Shown: one piece after another, positions 42,936 through 47,040 of the stretch
How the letters are laid out: every line of letters begins with the position of its first letter
How positions within the stretch are numbered: the stretch's first letter is position 1
Assembly: GCA_001003855.1 (NCBI GenBank)
Contig: LCPX01000013.1
Location: forward strand, 1 to 47,040
Direction: 5' to 3'
DNA: 47,040 nucleotides
Source: Candidatus Moranbacteria bacterium GW2011_GWE1_49_15
GTDB lineage: Bacteria; Patescibacteriota; Minisyncoccia; Moranbacterales; GWC2-37-73
Notes under the pieces: generated by a model
Seen by the model: only the letters and a program-made list of their open reading frames with translations
Database searches by the model: none
Told to the model about the DNA's origin: nothing
Program-made: the position numbers and the translations under genes

Positions 42936-43013
42936 AAATTAACGGACTAACGAATTCACGAATTAAAAAATGCGCCAATTCGTTAATGTGTTAATGGGCT
43001 AATAAAAACTTAT
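42936..43013. repeat. word-repeat spacer with motif ATTAACGGACTAACGAATT
   Basis: 19 nt at 42939..42957 match 46685..46703 at 18 of 19 positions. The arms cgaatt...aattcg are inverted. Confidence 0.7.
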
Positions 43014-44516
43014 ATGAACAAAGGTTATATCATCGAACAGCTGAAGACGCAGATTGAGAATTTCAAGACCGAGGCCAAGACTGAGAAAGTCGGCAAGGTT
43101 TTGGAAGTGGGGGACGGAGTAGCCAAAGTTTCCGGACTTTCCGACGTGATGGCATCCGAAATCGTGGAATTTGAAAGCGGCGTCATCGGCGTGGCTCTCA
43201 ATCTTGAAGCTGACGAAGTCGGAGTCATGATCATGGGCGACTACACCAAGGTCAAAGAAGGGGAAAGCGTGAAGTCCACTGGAAAAATCCTTTCCATTCC
43301 TGTTTCTGAAAAAATGATCGGACGTGTGATCGATCCGCTTGGAAAAGTCATCGACGGCAGAGAGGAGATCAAGACCGACACCTATTATCCCGTTGAAAAA
43401 ATCGCCCCTGGAGTCATCACCAGGAAATCCGTGCACCAGCCAGTGCAGACCGGTATCAAGGCCATCGACGCGATGATCCCGATCGGACGAGGACAGCGCG
43501 AGCTCATTATCGGTGACCGACAGACCGGAAAGACAGCCATCGCTATCGATACGATCATCAATCAGAAAGGACAGAACATGAAATGTATCTATGTCGCGAT
43601 CGGACAGAAGGAAAGCAAGATCGCCAGGATCGTGGCCGAATTGGAAAAGGCCGGAGCGATGGAGTATACGACCGTGGTCGTGGCCGGAGCGTCCGATCCT
43701 GCGGCTTTGTCATTCATAGCTCCGTATTCCGGATGCGCTTTGGGGGAATTTTTCATGGACAAAGGCGAGGACGTTTTGGTCATTTATGACGATCTTTCCA
43801 GGCACGCTTGGGCGTACCGCCAGGTTTCCTTGATTCTTCGCAGACCGCCGGGACGCGAAGCCTATCCGGGAGACGTTTTCTATCTGCACTCACGTCTTTT
43901 GGAAAGAAGTGCTAAGCTCAACGAAGATTTCGGGGGAGGATCGCTCACGGCGCTTCCCATCATTGAAACGCAGGCTGGAGACGTTTCCGCTTACATTCCG
44001 ACGAACGTTATTTCGATTACGGATGGACAGATTTATTTGGAATCGGACCTTTTCTACAAAGGAGTCCGCCCTGCTGTGAACGTGGGTCTTTCGGTTTCCC
44101 GCGTGGGAGGATCGGCCCAGATCAAAGCCATGAAAAAAGTTTCCGGAAAGCTCAGATTGGACCTCGCGCAGTTCCGCGAGTTGGAAGCTTTCGCGCAGTT
44201 CGGATCCGATCTTGATGAGAAGACCAGGGCCCAGATCGAAAGAGGAAGAAGGACTGTGGAGATTCTCAAGCAAGGCCAGTATGAGCCCATGAGCGTCGAG
44301 CACCAGGTGGCGATCATCTATGCGCTGACCAACGGTCATCTCGACGGAGTGGAGGTTGAGAAAATCAAAGAATGGGAGAACGATTTCCACAAGTACCTGA
44401 AATCCCAGGCGAAATACGCGATCGAAATCATCACCGAAAAGAAAGAACTTTCCGACGAGGTGATCGAGGCTTTGGAAAAAGCGATCAAGGAGTTCAAGGA
44501 AATATATCAAGCGTAA
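43014..44516 (+). CDS. atpA: F0F1 ATP synthase subunit alpha
   Basis: 500 aa with Walker A GDRQTGKT. Confidence 0.95.
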   Translation: MNKGYIIEQLKTQIENFKTEAKTEKVGKVLEVGDGVAKVSGLSDVMASEIVEFESGVIGVALNLEADEVGVMIMGDYTKVKEGESVKSTGKILSIPVSEKMIGRVIDPLGKVIDGREEIKTDTYYPVEKIAPGVITRKSVHQPVQTGIKAIDAMIPIGRGQRELIIGDRQTGKTAIAIDTIINQKGQNMKCIYVAIGQKESKIARIVAELEKAGAMEYTTVVVAGASDPAALSFIAPYSGCALGEFFMDKGEDVLVIYDDLSRHAWAYRQVSLILRRPPGREAYPGDVFYLHSRLLERSAKLNEDFGGGSLTALPIIETQAGDVSAYIPTNVISITDGQIYLESDLFYKGVRPAVNVGLSVSRVGGSAQIKAMKKVSGKLRLDLAQFRELEAFAQFGSDLDEKTRAQIERGRRTVEILKQGQYEPMSVEHQVAIIYALTNGHLDGVEVEKIKEWENDFHKYLKSQAKYAIEIITEKKELSDEVIEALEKAIKEFKEIYQA

Positions 44517-44646
44517 ACTCGGAATTTTTAATTTTAAATTTTTAATTTTAAATCAATTTTTAATGACTAAATGAATTAATTTTTAAAATTCGTTCATTTT
44601 GATTTCATTTTAAATTTCAAATTTATCATTTAAAATTTTCATAGAC
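44517..44646. repeat. AT-rich inverted-repeat spacer element (atpA to atpG), homologous to 21121..21227
   Basis: The identical 23-mer lies at 44531..44553, followed by the shared aatttttaatga. Confidence 0.7.
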
Positions 44647-45603
44647 ATGGCTTCAGGAAAGGATATAAAAAGAAGAATAAAGTCGATCGACGGCACGAAA
44701 AAAATCACCCGTGCGATGGAGATGGTTTCGGCCGCCAAAATGAGGCGGGCGGTTTCCTCGGTGTTGGGTCTTCGCCCATATGCGCACTTGGCTTGGAGCG
44801 TGTTGACGAATTTGGCAAGGGCTTTCGAAAATTATAAGCACGGATTTTTGGAAATACGGGAAGTGAGAAATATCCTGGTCGTCGTAGTGGCTTCGGATCG
44901 CGGACTTTGCGGATCTTTCAATACGCAGATTTACAAGAAACTGAAAGAGCAAATCGCACATCCTGAAAGCCTCAAGGTCAACAGGGTTGGAAAAAAACGC
45001 ATTGATTCGAAGATTGCTGATCAGGATCTGAAATTTGATTTCATAACAGTCGGAAAAAAAGGTGAGGGAATCGTGAAAAGGCTGGATAGGCAAATCGTCG
45101 CCACTTTTCCGGATGGAGCGAGTTTTGTGGGCATTGAGAATATCAGACCGATTTCAAAAATCGTCACGGACGATTATCTGGCGAAGAAATATGACAAGGT
45201 GGTGATCGTGTATACGGATTATATTTCCGCCATGGTCCAGCAGACCAGGATCAGGCAGGTGCTTCCGATTTCCAAGATAGATATCGAGAAACAAATCGCC
45301 GAGATCGACGTTTTGGCCAAGGAATATGGATTGGACGAGCCGAAAAAGGAGTACAAGGTGGAACCTTCACCGGAAGAAGTTTTGAGCCTGATTTTCCCAA
45401 GGATAATCGACATGCAGATTTTCCATGCGATTTTGGAGTCTGCCGCTTCCGAGCATAGCGCCAGGATGTTGGCGATGCGCAACGCGACCGACGCGGCCGG
45501 GGAAATGGGCGACGATTTGAAGTTGGCGTACAACCAACTCCGCCAAGCGAAGATCACGCAGGAAATCGCGGAGATCAGCGCCGGGTCAGCCGCGCTTGGG
45601 TAG
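44647..45603 (+). CDS. atpG: F0F1 ATP synthase subunit gamma
   Basis: KDIKRRIKSIDGTKKITRAMEMVSAAKMRRA N-terminus and a C-terminal LAYNQLRQAKITQEIAEI. Confidence 0.92.
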   Translation: MASGKDIKRRIKSIDGTKKITRAMEMVSAAKMRRAVSSVLGLRPYAHLAWSVLTNLARAFENYKHGFLEIREVRNILVVVVASDRGLCGSFNTQIYKKLKEQIAHPESLKVNRVGKKRIDSKIADQDLKFDFITVGKKGEGIVKRLDRQIVATFPDGASFVGIENIRPISKIVTDDYLAKKYDKVVIVYTDYISAMVQQTRIRQVLPISKIDIEKQIAEIDVLAKEYGLDEPKKEYKVEPSPEEVLSLIFPRIIDMQIFHAILESAASEHSARMLAMRNATDAAGEMGDDLKLAYNQLRQAKITQEIAEISAGSAALG

Positions 45604-45976
45604 GAAGTTTATAAAGTCATAGAGTTTGTAAAGTTAAAATGTGTCATTCTGAACTTGATTCAGAATCTCGGAAACGGGATTTTGATGGAGTCTGGAATGG
45701 TAAGTTTATTTAAAACGTTCCAATCTTCTTTTGATGATTAACTTTTCTTGGCGCCAAGAAAAGTTACAAAAGAAGCGCCGCACGAGCTTGTTGCTGGGGC
45801 AAAGACTTCGCTCTTCGCTAAAATTTACACTCCGCTGCTCTACGTTTCAAAATTTTTTAACGCTTATCGCTCGTCTTTTACCTACGCACTGCGCTATGTG
45901 CGGATAGGAATACAAAATGCAAATTCAAAAATGCGATTCAGGATTCAAGTCGATTGAATTTTGAACAGTACTTTTG

Positions 45977-46028
45977 AAAAAGAAAAAACCGCCCCTTGCA
46001 AATCAAGATTCTGATTTGTAGGTAGCGG
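45977..46028 (-). terminator. terminator of the antisense small-gene cassette
   Basis: The minus strand reads ccgctacctacaaatcagaatcttgatttgcaaggggcgg followed by TTTTTTCTTTTTC. Confidence 0.65.
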
Positions 46029-46051
46029 CTAAGGGAGCAGAAAGGTATTTC

Positions 46052-46264
46052 CTACTTTGGTGATATCAGCGTGAGAATTTTTCCCGTAAACTCTATCGCA
46101 CCACACAATCCGATTAATCCGAGAATGGCACGTGCGACATCGAGAAAGGGAATAACTGGAAGATCCAGTATCAGGCCGAAATAAAACAGGCAGAGGCAAA
46201 GTATGATGCCCAGGATGTAAACGAGGAGTAGACCTGCTTTACTTGAAGGCAATTGAATATTCAT
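46052..46264 (-). CDS. small membrane protein (70 aa, about 2 TM segments)
   Basis: ATG 46264 is preceded by AAAGGAGGAAATCC. The ATGA start/stop overlaps the upstream ORF. Sequence MNIQLPSSKAGLLLVYILGIILCLCLFYFGLILDL... Confidence 0.6.
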   Translation of the reverse strand: MNIQLPSSKAGLLLVYILGIILCLCLFYFGLILDLPVIPFLDVARAILGLIGLCGAIEFTGKILTLISPK

Positions 46265-46476
46265 GGATTTCCTCCTTTGCGTCCGCCCGCCGGCATTATT
46301 TTTTTCTTGATTTCCTTGATTGCCAGATTGATGCCTATCCCAATAAATATGGGGGATAAGAAAACAGCGATAGATCCCGCTAGGTCTTCTTTTGAGGATA
46401 ATGTGAGTGGAGATGAGACTATGAGGATTAAACACTCCAAGAAGATGACTCCTAGGCCAATGAAAAATCCGGGCAT
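46261..46476 (-). CDS. small membrane protein (71 aa, about 2 TM segments, basic tail)
   Basis: ATG 46476 is preceded by AGGAGGTTTT. Sequence MPGFFIGLGVIFLECLILIV...IFIGIGINLAIKEIKKK. Confidence 0.6.
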   Translation of the reverse strand: MPGFFIGLGVIFLECLILIVSSPLTLSSKEDLAGSIAVFLSPIFIGIGINLAIKEIKKKIMPAGGRKGGNP

Positions 46477-46534
46477 AAAACCTCCTGCGTTTATGGGTTG
46501 ATGGGAAAGGACCGATACTCACGGCTAACTATCA

Positions 46535-46563
46535 ATTATACACCCAAATTGACGATTTGTCAA
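46535..46563 (-). promoter_or_regulatory. consensus sigma70 promoter TTGACA-17-TATAAT driving the antisense cassette
   Basis: The minus strand reads TTGACA (46563..46558), a 17-nt spacer, then TATAAT (46540..46535). Confidence 0.7.
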
Positions 46564-46679
46564 GCACGTAAAGTCGCTTTGTGACCACGTTTCACGGTAT
46601 TGAATTCCGACTAGCGTATTTTGCCCTAAATAAGGCGGAAAACGGCAATGGGAATTTAATAGATAAAAAATTTAAAATT

Positions 46680-46764
46680 ATATCATTAACGGACTAGCGA
46701 ATTAACGGATTCTTTAAGTCCCATGCGTTAATTCTTTAATGCGTTAATCGATAATAAAAAATAT
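46680..46764. repeat. word-repeat spacer with motif ATTAACGGACTAGCGAATT upstream of atpD
   Basis: Matches the spacer upstream of atpA, with repeated GCGTTAAT words. Confidence 0.7.
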
Positions 46765-47040
46765 ATGAGTAATGTAGGAAAAGTATTGCAGGTAATCGGG
46801 CCGGTCGTTGATGTGGAATTCGCGGAAAATCTGCCGGAAATCTATAACGCGCTGGAAATCAAAACCGCCGACGGAGGGAAATTGGTTTTGGAAGCGCACC
46901 AGCACCAGGGAGGCGGAAAGGTCCGCGCCGTGGCTATGGGGGCGACTGACGGCCTCAAGAGGGGGATGGAAGTCGTGGACACCGGAGCGCCTATCGCCGT
47001 TCCTGTCGGAAAGGAGACCCTAGGAAGGATGTTCAATCTT
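46765..47040 (+). CDS. atpD: F0F1 ATP synthase subunit beta, 3'-partial (runs off the window)
   Basis: ATG 46765 translates to [32 protein letters not shown]...[11 protein letters not shown], a typical beta N-terminal barrel. It is absent from the ORF track because no stop lies in the window. Confidence 0.9.
   Translation, partial: MSNVGKVLQVIGPVVDVEFAENLPEIYNALEIKTADGGKLVLEAHQHQGGGKVRAVAMGATDGLKRGMEVVDTGAPIAVPVGKETLGRMFNL

Noticed and set aside
45748-45957. 69-aa plus-strand ORF in the atpG-atpD insert
   Set aside because: It has a non-ATG start, no SD or promoter, and a composition dominated by the CGCT-word repeats. It is more likely non-coding.

Overview
The window reads as a compact, gene-dense bacterial segment whose traits suggest a reduced CPR/Patescibacteria-like genome; that placement is inference only. 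From left to right it holds a 5'-partial SulP/STAS transporter, a CYTH protein, two orphan small genes, comF and clpC. A complete type IV pilus locus follows: pilM, pilN-like, pilO-like, pilB, a stand-alone REC regulator, pilT, pilC, pilin, a frameshifted pilin paralog, pilD, and three minor pilins, the last frameshifted and carrying an FN3 domain. No secretin is present in the locus. Next come ligA, gatC and gatA, then a minus-strand tRNA operon (fMet, Met, Asp) with a degenerate tRNA-like copy, gyrB, and a small accessory patch. A 23S-5S rRNA operon sits here without an adjacent 16S. After it are a SEDS protein, L25, a lytic-transglycosylase-like protein, metG, tatD, and the F-type ATPase operon (atpZ-like, then atpB, E, F, H, A, G and partial atpD). 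The most unusual points are these. (1) A self-contained antisense cassette of two small membrane-protein genes splits atpG from atpD. (2) Nearly every intergenic spacer is an imperfect hairpin built from short degenerate tandem 'words', some shared between loci, and similar heptamer words sit in frame inside ligA. (3) The 23S carries a 116-nt AT-rich insertion and appears to lack two conserved hairpins. (4) Two pilus genes are each broken by a 1-nt frameshift. (5) A gene remnant lies in frame behind a TGA stop. No CRISPR array, integrase or recognisable defence system was seen.
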